Positions 49,020-60,275 of a DNA stretch of 64,000 bases are shown here, in pieces (position 1 is the first letter of the stretch; each line of letters begins with the position of its first letter). Under the pieces are notes generated by a model that saw only the letters and a list, made by a program, of their open reading frames with translations, had not been told where the DNA came from and did not search any database. This stretch comes from Octopus sinensis. Its lineage: Eukaryota. The position numbers and the translations under genes are program-made. The stretch spans positions 105,276,001 to 105,340,000 of the forward strand of contig NC_043003.1 in assembly GCF_006345805.1 (NCBI RefSeq), given 5' to 3'.

Positions 49020-50990
49020 TTTCGAGCAAACCGAACTTTGCCTCAAACTCTAAATGCCACCTCATCAACCCAGCCAAATCTGTGATCGGTCTAGCGAGCC
49101 AACTCATAGAGAGAAACGTCAACAACAACATAAGGAGAGGCACCAACCTTTCCCTATGGCGTAGCACCAACGAGATGATTGCATGGTTTAATACCAACAA
49201 GGGGAGAGACAAAGCAAGGTTCACCCAGATGACATAGTCTATATCAAAAGGGTTACTGGTCAAGGCACTTTCCTTTGCTAAGGGCTCCACTGACGTTAGT
49301 GACAGGGACATAGATGTCATTATGCATGCCAGGAAAACAATGTTGTTCAATAAGGGTTTGACCTGGGTCAAGCAATCCGACTCCGTAGGCTCCTTTGACA
49401 TAGTGATGGAAGCCAACGACAGCGCTGATGTGTGCAACCTCATCGGGTTGTATACCCTTGATGCCATCAGGAAGAAATTCTTGCTGTCTTTTTGTCTCTA
49501 CAGAGATGACGCCCTGGTCATCTCAAGAGGAACCAATGAGCACATCTCAGACAGGTTTAGGAAAGATCTGCATAGCACCCTCGGTTCCATGGGACTGAAA
49601 ATTACTATCGGAACCAATCTCACCATCACGGTCTTCTTAGACATCACGCTCGACTTGGGCTCCGGTACATACAGGCTCTACCGCAAGCCAATTGAAAGGC
49701 TAACATACATCGACACAGCTTCCTGTCACCCACCCATTGTGTTAGCAAGAGGATCACAAACCTTTCCTCTAGCCAAGAGATTTTTGATGCAGCAGCCCTC
49801 TACTACAACGATACACTAGCTGCTAGCTCCTACATGCCGGGCCCCAAAATCCACGGAAAGAATCGTCGTAAAAATATCTTTTGCTTTGCACCCCACCACT
49901 TCCCTTAACATAAAAACGTGTGTCGTAGGATATTTCTTAAGCTAATAAAACTTTCACATGTTCACATAGGTATGAACACATTTTCAAAAGGCACAACCTT
50001 AAGGTTTCATTTAGCTGTGCCCCCCAATATTAAGAGCATTCTAGTTAACACACCTAGGCCACGAGGGGAGGCAGGATGCTCATGCAGGGACTACAATAGA
50101 TGCTCAAATGAGGCCATTGCGAAACCAAGGGGTTTGACTTTGAAAGTGAGGTACTGGCTGGCCTTAGTAATAACAGCAGCACCAGCAGTTTCCCCAACGG
50201 CTGCTACAGTAGCAGGGACAACAGTACCAATAGTAACAGCAGCAGAAACACAAAGAAAATCCACGGCAGCACCATTGCTAGCGATTAAAGCATTAACAAT
50301 GATAACTATAACAAGTGACAGAACCTCCATCAACGATGACCATAACAACAATAGCACCATCCCCAACACCATCGCTTCCTTCAACGATGCCAACACTGAC
50401 AGCACCAATGCCAATAGCAGCGATACAAGCAGTGTCAACACAAGCAGATACAACATCACCAACACCTGAACACGGAGATACATTGTATGCACCGGTAACA
50501 CATTCAAGCAACGTCTCTCCAACCACCGAGCCTCCTTCAGGATACCAGAAAGGAGATACGTCATTAGCCAGCCATGTAAAGCAGCTGAAAGATGATGGAA
50601 TTCCATACATAATATCATGAAGAATCCAAGAAAATTCAGCCCTACATAAACAGGTCCAAGCGTTGTAAACTGTGCATAGCTGAATGGGCGAGGATACTAA
50701 AGGACTCCATCGACCCGAGAAACATCCTTAACTCCAGAACGGAAGTCTTTGGACCATGCTTGCAATTCAGGAAATTCCTGCTGGCTTACTGGGACCCACA
50801 TGATAACAGGATCATTTAAGAATGACAACCAAAGGGAAAAATCCCGTGTTGTTGACATAGAATAACAAAGTCTTTTCTTCCTCCATTTACTAGAGAGGCC
50901 ACAAGCCATCGGTTTTGGGATCTGACGATACGCTGCAAAGGTAAGCGCTTTATAGATGTGAAACCCAGTGTAATCCCATAAACCGGCCTA
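49020..50990 (+). mobile_element. Degenerate Penelope-like retroelement (RT plus GIY-YIG endonuclease)
   Basis: PNF..N.KC.LINPAKS, HARKTMLF..W, FDIVM, LYRDDAL, FLDITLDL and SCHPP Penelope RT motifs; YIV.TGNTFKQRLSNH...SLASHV...KRCKLC...LNSRTEVF GIY-YIG C-terminal half; several stops and frameshifts. Confidence 0.9.
50910..50985 (+). ncRNA. Type I hammerhead ribozyme at the 3' end of the Penelope-like element
   Basis: 12-bp stem I with one bulge (cggttttgggat / atccca-t-aaaccg), CTGACGA (50922-28), imperfect stem II of about 10 bp, GAAA (50960-63), C-ccagt-G short stem III, GTA site. Confidence 0.82.
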
Positions 50991-51293
50991 TATATATCTA
51001 TCTATCTATCTATATATATATATATCATCATCATCATCATCATCGTTTAACGTCCGTTCTCCATGCTAGCATGGGTTATATATATATATCTTCCACTTCC
51101 TTCGTAAAGACAAGACGTGCTTTTACCTGTCTCTTCTCATACCTCGTCATACTGGCGTTCCTAATTTTCCACATCGTCTTGACTTAACAGCCCTCATCAT
51201 TTGTTTTTACTATCTTGTTCTCACTGTCTTGTTTTTGTTCTCACTGTCACTCTCCGCAAAAAATCTCAAATCTTATCTAATTTGCTTTGCAGG

Positions 51294-51382
51294 AAGGACT
51301 GTTTCAACGAAATCACGTATTGTCCTTACCATCGTACTGTGGAGTAGATGAAACAGGGACAACTGATGATGGGAATGTTCTT
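51294..51382 (+). ncRNA. Hammerhead motif in permuted (type II) order
   Basis: GAAA (51309-12), tcacg, TA, ttgtcc (51320-25) ... ggacaa (51357-62), CTGATGA (51363-69). Stem I is closed by a hairpin (catc/gatg, tact/agta); open stem II pairs aaggac.gtttc..c with g.ggaat.gttctt. Confidence 0.65.
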
Positions 51383-51778
51383 TATGTTGCTTGTCTTGGT
51401 TCTCTATTTTTTTTTTTCGTTCTTCAAAAAAAAGATCGTTTTCTATGTGTTTGCTTTTATGTTTTCGTTTCTCATTGTGTCTACGTCTTTTTGACGTCCT
51501 GTACCCATATATGCATGTATATATACATATATATGTAGGTATGTACATATATGCATATATTTATATATACTCTTTACTCTTTTACTTGTTTCAGTCATTT
51601 CACTGCGGCCATGCTGGAGCACCGCCTTTAATCAAGCAACTCAACCCCAGGACTTATTCTTTTGTAAGCCCAGTACTTATTCTATCGGTCACTTTTGCCG
51701 AACCGCTAAGAAACGGGGACATAAACACACCAGCATCAGTTGTCAAGCAAAGCTATGGGGACAAACACAGACACACAA

Positions 51779-51827
<49 letters not shown>

Positions 51828-51995
51828 AATATATACGACGGGCTTCTTTCAGTTTCCGTCTACCAAATCCACTCACAAGGCTTTGGTTGGCCCGAGGCTA
51901 TAGTAGAAGACACTTGCCCAAGGTGCCACGCAGGGGACTGAACCCAGAACTATGTGGCTGGTAAACTAGCTACTTACCACACAGCCACTCCTGTG

Positions 51996-51998
51996 CCG

Positions 51999-52080
<82 letters not shown>

Positions 52081-52706
52081 TCCATACATAATATATATAC
52101 ATATATATGGGTATGTACATATAGGTATGTACATATATGCATATATTTATATATATATATATATATACATTATATACATATATATATTATATATATATAC
52201 ATATATACATATATATATATATACATAATACATATATATCATCATCATCATCATCATCATTTAGCGTCCGTTTTCCATGCTAGCATGGGTTGAACGGTTC
52301 AACTGGGGTCTGTGAAGCCAGAAGGCTGCATCAGGCCCAGTCTGATCTGGCAGTGTTTCTACAGCTGGATGCCCTTCCTAACGCCAACCACTCCGCGATT
52401 GTAGTGGGTGCTTTTTACATGCCACCCGCACAGGTGCCAGGCAGTGCTGGCAAACGGCCACGAACGGATGGTGCTTTTATGTGCCACCAGCACAGGGGCC
52501 AGGCGAGGCTGGCAACGGCCATGAACGGATGGTGCTTTTATGTGCCACCGGCACGGAGGCCAGTCGGGGCGATGCTGGCAACGGCCACAATCGGATGGTT
52601 CGCTTACTTGTCACCGGCACTGGTATCACAGCCGCAATTTCCATTGATGTTGATCGACTTCGATTTTGGTTCTGCTTTCTGATATCTGATTTGATTTTGA
52701 TTTTTG

Positions 52707-52780
<74 letters not shown>

Positions 52781-52787
52781 TTATATA

Positions 52788-52820
<33 letters not shown>

Positions 52821-52869
52821 ATATAGTATATATATATATATATAATATATATATATATAATATATATAT

Positions 52870-52915
<46 letters not shown>

Positions 52916-53100
52916 TGTAGTGGCGGTTTATTTCTTTATATTAAAAAATTTTTATGTATTGATTAAGTATTTCCTTGTTGTTTTGCAAAAAGTGGTGTTT
53001 GTCTCGAATTAATATTATATAATATTTTACTATAAAATTGGATTTAATCCTGAATCTGATTTTTTCCCTGTAAATTTGGATTTATTCCCTAATATTATTT

Positions 53101-53174
<74 letters not shown>

Positions 53175-53242
53175 AATTATATATATATATATATATATAT
53201 AATAATTATATATTATATATAAATAATATATATATATATAGA

Positions 53243-53278
<36 letters not shown>

Positions 53279-53360
53279 TATATTATATATATATATATAT
53301 AAATATATTTAATATATATAAATATATATATATATAATATATATAGATATATATAATATA

Positions 53361-53408
<48 letters not shown>

Positions 53409-53683
53409 CTTATTATAATATATACCCTTCCTGCTTCCATATTTCCTGAGCGCCTATTAATAATAATACTGTAATTGTTCCATTGGTTGTTTTTTTGTTT
53501 TCCCGTGGATTAAAATTTATATATATATATATATTATTATATATATATATAATATAATAATATATATATATATATATAGTATAAATATATAATATATATA
53601 TAAATATTATATATATACTATAAATATATATATAATATATAATAATAGATATATAATATATATAATATTAAAATATATATATA

Positions 53684-53739
<56 letters not shown>

Positions 53740-53750
53740 TATATATATAT
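51996..53750. repeat. Large interrupted (TA)n field
   Basis: Several TA tracts of 100-300 bp separated by repeat fragments. Confidence 0.95.
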
Positions 53751-54179
53751 GAAATGAAATGAAATCAAATCAAATCAAATCAGATATCAGAAAGCAGAAC
53801 AAAAATCGAAGTCGATCAACATCAATGGAAATTGCAGCTGTGATACCAGTGCCGGTGACAAGTAAGCGAACCTCCGATCGTGGCCGTTGCCAGCTCCACC
53901 CCTACTGTCCTCCATGCCGGTGGCACGTAAAAAGCACCCACTACACTCACGGAGTGGTTGGTGTTAGGAAAGGCATCCAGCCGTAGAAACACTGCCAGAT
54001 CAGACTGGGCCCGATGCAGCCTTCTGGCTTCCCAGACCCCAGTTGAACCGTCCAACCCATGCCAGCATGGAAAGCGGACGCTAAATGATGATGATGATGA
54101 TATATATATATTATATATATATTTTTTATATATATATATATATATACATACATCATACATAAATATATATACATATATA

Positions 54180-54399
54180 AAATGAGGTACTCAGAAATTC
54201 GGATGGTTTTATATTTACAGATATTTATTTGTATATTACATGTTTTTATACATCATATAACTTATATCATGTATCATATATTAATGCTTTCTCCCATTCT
54301 AGTGGGGTTTTCAAATCGAACTAAGTTCCTGTGAAAAAGTTTTGACCATTTTATAGTGTTATTGAGTGTGTAGTGCACTCAACACACACACGCACGCCC

Positions 54400-54430
<31 letters not shown>

Positions 54431-54854
54431 CTCCACAAAACAATAATAAAAAGAATTCCAGACAAGTCTTCTTTGAAATGGCCAATTTCTAAAAACCAAA
54501 AACCATTTACAGTTGCAAAAAAATAAAAACAAAAGTTGCAATGATTACTCTTAACAACTTGATCATTCCTCCTTAAACACACGCACACACACACACATGC
54601 TCTCTCTCACTTTCTCCCCATTCCTCACCCTCTTGTACTATCTTATATCCCTCCCCACCACTACACACTCAATAACACTATAAAATGGTCAAAACTTCTT
54701 CACAGAAACTTAGTTCGATTTGAAAACCCCACTAGAATGGGAGAAAGCACTAATATATGATACATGATATAAGTTATATGATGTATAAAAACATGTAATA
54801 TACAAATAAATATCTGTAAATATAAAACCATCCGAATTTCTGAGTACCTCATTT
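54180..54854. repeat. Inverted repeat with 196-bp arms and a 283-bp spacer
   Basis: 54180-54375 versus 54659-54854, about three mismatches seen. Confidence 0.9.
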
Positions 54855-54903
54855 CTTCTAATATAAAATACCTGTACATCATCTCCAAACCTTCTTATAT
54901 ATA

Positions 54904-55770
54904 TCATCATCATCATCATTTAACGTCCGTTTTCCGCGCTAGCACGGGTTGGACGGTTCGACCGGGGTCTGGGGAGCCAGGGGCTACTCCAGGCTCCAGT
55001 CTGATCTGGCAGTGTTTCTACAGCTGGATGCCCTTCCTAACGCCAAACACTCCGCGAGTGTAGTGGGTGCTTTTTACGTGCCACCTGCACAGGTGCCAGA
55101 GGGGTCTGGCATCAGCCACGATCGGTTGGTTCTTTTTTTGTGCCACCGGCACAGAAGCCAGTCGAGGTGGTGCTGGCATCGGCCATGTTCGGATGGTGCT
55201 TTTTATGTGCCACCGGCACAGTAGCCAGTCGGGGCGGTGCTGGCATCGGCCACGTTCAGATGGTGCTTTTTATGTGCCACCGGCACAGAAGCCATTCGAG
55301 GCGGGGTTGGCATTGGTCACGTTCGGATGGTGCTTTTTATGTGCCACCGGCACAGAAGCCATTCGAGGCGGGGTTGGCATTGGTCACGTTTGGATGGTGC
55401 TTTTTATGTGCCACCGGCACAGAAGCCAGTGGAGGCTGCACTGGCAACGGCCACGTTCGGATGCTGCTTTTTATGTGTCACCAGCACAGGTATCACAACT
55501 ACTGTTTCCATTGATATTTGGTTCGATGTTCATGTACATGCACTTGACTCAACAGGTCTCCTCAAGCACAGCGAGATGTTCCGGGATCCAAGGTACTTTG
55601 AATGGGCAGAGGGTATGCGGAACTGGTGCCGGAAGCATCCTGGGTCTTAGTAGTCACAGCACATCTCCAGAGATCTCGGTCCTTCGCCATTGCCTCAGTG
55701 AGGCCCAACGCTCTGAGGTCATGCTTGACTACCTCATCCCATGTTTTCCTGGGTCTACATCTCCCCCTAC
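54904..55770 (-). mobile_element. 5'-truncated RTE tail with an expanded 67-bp tandem array (55070-55490)
   Basis: The gtgcc(a)ccggcac motif recurs at 55140, 55207, 55274, 55341, 55408 and 55475; RT C-terminal remnant at 55640-55770. Confidence 0.88.
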
Positions 55771-55799
55771 GCGCGCGTGTAAGTCATCCAAAGGCCCAT

Positions 55800-56790
55800 A
55801 AGTCAGGAAAAAGATACACTTGTATCTTTGTCAACAGAGTAGGTTTATTATCCAAAGTGTACAGTATTATATATATTCATCAGGGTCAATCTTACCAATC
55901 AGTTTCGTGCTAGGAGTACGGCAGAGTGTTAGGCAACAATCCGATTATATAACTCTATGCTCATCAGAGATAGTCGATATTCCATCAAGCGTTGTAAACT
56001 GTGCATAGCTGAACGGGCGAGGATACTAAAGGATTCCATCAACCCTGGAAACATCCTTAACTCCAGAACGGAAGTCTTTGGACCATACTCGTACTTCAGG
56101 AAACTGCTGCTGGCCTACTGAGACCCACACGATAGCAGGGTCAAAGGGAGACATTCCTTTGTTGTTTCATGTGCCTCTCTCGTAGTCGTGGTGGACCTTG
56201 TCGTGTCTTGAAGAAACAGAGACGAGAGTGATTTAAGCGAGAATGCATGCTTAAATAGGCGATGCATTACTAGTGACCTCCTGTGTGTTATTTTGAAGTT
56301 ATGAGTAGTAAATTAGCGAAGGGGGAATTAATCATGTTCACCTGGAATTTTCTAGATTGTTCAAGAACATTCGATCAGGAGAATGGTACTTTTTGGTTAT
56401 CTCACCCCCAAATGCCAACGAATATTTTGTAGGATTGCGAATCTGTTTCAAATAGCATTGCCAACATTAGCTTTGTGCCTAAGCATCGGGCAACATGCTT
56501 TGCTGCATAGAGTTATGGCCCATTACATTCTAAATTCATTCCCGCTGAGGTTGGCTTCACCTTTCATACTCATGGGACCGATAAAATAAAACACCATAAG
56601 CCAACAGCTTTGGGATCTGACGATACACTGCAAAGCTAAGCGCTTTACGTATGTGAAACCCAGATGATGAGCGTAGTGTTATATAATCGAATTGTTGCCT
56701 AACACTCCGTTGCACCCCTAGCACGAAACGGATTGGTAAGATCGGCTGCAATGGATATATAATACTGTACACTTTAGATTTTATGTGAAT
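55800..56790. mobile_element. Penelope remnant: inverted terminal-repeat fragment, GIY-YIG 3' end, insertion, direct terminal repeat
   Basis: 55987-56165 matches 50657-50860; 56595-56663 matches 50899-50968; 55845-55970 is the reverse complement of 56664-56775. Confidence 0.8.
55889..55971 (-). ncRNA. Type I hammerhead motif in an inverted Penelope terminal-repeat fragment
   Basis: Minus strand reads atct-CTGATGA-gc...long stem II...gcac-GAAA-ctgattgg-TA-agat. A degenerate + strand copy is at 56664-56742. Confidence 0.65.
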
Positions 56791-57559
56791 ATATTATACA
56801 TATATTACAGCTTGGCTCGGTTCGTTCAAGACTCGTCACCGCTACGAAAACTTGTATGTGCAGAAAAATATGCTGATGTCCATAACACAGAAAATGAATT
56901 CATTTGCAAATCGTTTCCCCGCCATCAACAGCCTTATGCAATAAGTCAATATTCGCAAACGACGGGACTCCATTATTCTAGCGTCTGTGATATCAGGTTG
57001 TATCATACTAATGATTCTCTATGCACTTCATTAGAGCGTCTTACCTGCTCCTGTCTGGTCTGGTGGACTCACTAAACTAGCTGCTGGTCAATATCTATGA
57101 CCAATACAAATATATATATATATATATAAACACACATTGCCTGGACAATGTCATCTTTCTTCTGTTATTTATTGTCTATTGTCCTGTCCATACCAGCGAC
57201 ATGTTATTCCGAGTCAGCTGTATTCGGCCCAGCCCAATGACCTGAAGGTACCCAGATAAATGTTGAAAGGATCTTTAGGTCCTCCAGACCAGGGATGTTG
57301 AATTGCAGCAATATAAAGACTTTGGAAGAACCGTTATGATGCTGTCAGCAGGACATGTTAACATCTGCTTTAGACCACTGTCCAAGAGGGAGACCATGCT
57401 GTTATTACCAGGACAAACGCTCTGACCTCAACAGAAAAAGAAACGACGGCTGTGAAGTGGGAAATATTTTTGTAAATAACTGTTTTCCTTGTTTTTTTAA
57501 TCTTCAGATGCCAATGGAATATGGTGTCTTTGTTAAAACAGAATTCAATGTATTATGGG

Positions 57560-58010
57560 ATGATATAAAGGCTTGCGGAGACTGAACCCCAGCGTAAAGC
57601 TCGACGAACTGCTAATGCTGTGTCAACTATTGCTATATGAACTGCAGAGAACAAAAACAAACGCACTACACACCTGGTCAGGAATGCTGACAACATGGCT
57701 GCTGTGCGAGCTTCCAACACCTTACAACAGAGATATACCATGCTGCAGACTTCCATTCAACAAAGAGCTAATAGACAAGGATTTTCAACGCCATGCAGCT
57801 CACGATGGTCATTAAAGGCTTTCGACTACAACCCTAGGCTTCATTATGATTGCCACCTAGATATGAACATTAAAGATATGTCCATCACTTGCTCTTTCTG
57901 CAATGCTAAGAAGTGGTCAAGAGAAACTCCTGCTACGTGTTGTGCTAATGGGAAAGTTAACCCCACTCCGCTGCAGGATCCGCCACAGCTGTTGAAGTCA
58001 CTCCCAAGAG
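57560..58010 (+). mobile_element. Helitron RepHel N-terminal fragment
   Basis: AETEPQRKARR repeat-like segment, then AFDYNP..HY...CSFCNAKKWSRE..TCCANGKV...DPPQLLKSL, a Cys motif typical of Helitron N-termini. Confidence 0.75.
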
Positions 58011-60142
58011 TTTTTTGTTTTGTACTAATAATGGGAGTCAGTTTAATCGACTTTCCCCTTCCCTTTAAATTGCTGGTTCAGCATGGAAGCTCGCTAATAT
58101 AAACGTCAACACTTTAATAATTGGACTGAATCATTAATCCAATGACCATAAAATACCTCTGTCATCATCATCACGGGTTGGAGTGGAGTGGGGTTGGACG
58201 GTTCGACTGGGGTCTGGGAAGCAAGGGGCTGCACCAGGCTCCAGTCTGATCTGGCAGAGTTTCTACAGCTGGATGCCCTTCCTAACGCCAACCACTCCGC
58301 GAGTGTAGTGGGTGTGTTTTACGTGCCACCTGCACAGGTGCCAGGGGGGTCCGGCATCGACCACGATCGGTTGGAGCTTTTAATGTGCCACTGGCACGGA
58401 AGCCAGCCAAGGCGGCGCTGGCAACGGCCACGTTCGGATGGTGCTTTTTATGTGCCACCGGCACTGGAGCCAGTTGAGGCGGCGCTGGCATCGGCGTAGT
58501 AAATAAATAACTCGCTCTGTGCGAATAACTTCATGTTTAACGTTTTATGCAGACGTGTGACAAAAGAAAGCGTACAGTGAGTACATAATGTTTAATAAAG
58601 ATTTCTGGGAAGAAGAAAGGTTTTGAACAACTTGTCAGGTTCCATGATGACTTTGAGTGAATAGAAATAAATCAAGTGACGAGATTTACTTTCCACAGGC
58701 ATCAGACGTAGAATACCATGACGAGCTACTGGGAAGAAATCAGATATCGAATTCATGTGCCTCTCTCGTAGTCGCGGTGGACCTTGTCGTGTCTCGAAGA
58801 AACAGAGAAGAGAGTGATTTAAGCGAGAATGCACGCTTAAATAAGCGATGCGTTACTAGTGACCTCCTGTGTGTTATTTTGAAGTTATGAGTAGTAAATT
58901 AGCGAAGGGGGAATTAATCATGTTCACCTGGAATTTTCTAGATTGTTCAAGAACATTCGATCAGGTACTTTTTGGTTATCTCACCCCCATTAAAACTTGG
59001 GTTATCTCACCCCCATTAAAAATTGGGTTATCTCCCCTCGTTTTACGAGAAATATCGGCACAAGGCCAAACGTCAACAATGTGTTGATATATTGAATTAA
59101 AAGGATATAACTCTTTTAATCCAATCTCTTATCATCACATAAACTCGAGTTTTTAGTGGGGAGATATCCCAGAATTTTAATGGTAATTTTTTAATGGGGG
59201 TGAGATAACCAAAAAGAACTGAGATAACTGTCGTTGACTGCCAACGAATATTTTGTAGGATTGCCAATCTGCTTCAAATAGCATTGCCAACACTAGCTTT
59301 GTGCCTAAGCATCGGGCAACATGCTTTGCTGCATAGAGTTATGGCCCATTACATTCTAAGTTCATTCCCGCTGAGGTTGGCTTCACCTTTCATACCCACG
59401 GGGCCGATAAAATAAAACACCAGTAATGTACTGGGCCACTTTAATCCACTTGTTCCTCCCCACAAATTGTTGGCCTTGTGCCTAAATGAGAAATATTATT
59501 TAAAATTTTCTAGGCTTGTCACCCTTGATTTTTTTCCTAAAACCAGAATTATTTAATTTATATATCCTATTTATTTTATAACATATGGTATTACTTGTAA
59601 TGTTCTTTATAGGCGCAGGAGTGGCTGTGTGGTAAGTAGCTTGCTTACCAACCACATGGTTCCGGGTTCAGTCCCACTGCGTGTCTTCCACTATAGCCTC
59701 AGGCCGACGAAAGCTTGTGAGAGGATTTGGTAGGCGGAAACTGAAAGAAGCCCGTCGTATATATGTATATGTATATATGTGTGTGTGTGTCTGTGTTTGT
59801 CCCCATAGCATTGCTTGACAATCGATGCTGGTGTGTTTATGTCCCCGTCACTTAGCGGTTCGGCAAAAGAGACCGATAGAATAAGTACTGGGCTTACAAA
59901 GAATAAGTCCCGGGGTCGAGTTGCTCGATTAAAGGCGGTGCTCCAGCATGGCCGCAGTCAAATGACTGAAACAAGTAAAAGAGTATATATATATATATAT
60001 TGATAGAAATGGTAAGACAACAAAAGAATTAAAGAGACCTCGATATTATGTAAATAGAGGAAATTATCTGTAAATTAATATGTGGCAATTATTCAGTAGC
60101 CAAGATAAAACTCCGCCATCTCTTCAGTTATGCAGTCGGCTG

Positions 60143-60187
60143 GATAACTGAAGAGATGGCGGCATCCGAAACTCGTAGTTTTATCTT
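60143..60187 (+). ncRNA. Atypical hammerhead-like core inside a palindrome
   Basis: CTGAAGA (60148-54), gatg-gcgg-catc hairpin, extra C, GAAA (60168-71), ctcg, TA. Stem I register is imperfect (gataa/ttatc with a 3-nt offset). Confidence 0.45.
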
Positions 60188-60275
60188 GGCTAACGAATAA
60201 TTGTCACATTTACAGATATGTGTGTGTGTGTGTATGTATGTAATGTTTTTAACGTAAAATAAAATTATTATTATG

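Noticed and set aside
50091-50620. Overlapping 100-175 aa ORFs on both strands
   Set aside because: Low-complexity, stop-poor segment inside the Penelope element.
55070-55490. CRISPR-like appearance of the 67-bp, 30-bp and 23-bp arrays
   Set aside because: Whole units repeat with no unique spacers, no cas genes, and a eukaryotic context.
55067-55801. 244-aa and neighbouring ORFs
   Set aside because: Products of the 67-bp GC-rich tandem array on the LINE antisense strand; the same peptides recur in all frames.
57180-57400. Possible OTU protease remnant (DMLFRVSCI) upstream of the Helitron fragment
   Set aside because: Too degenerate to call without a profile search.
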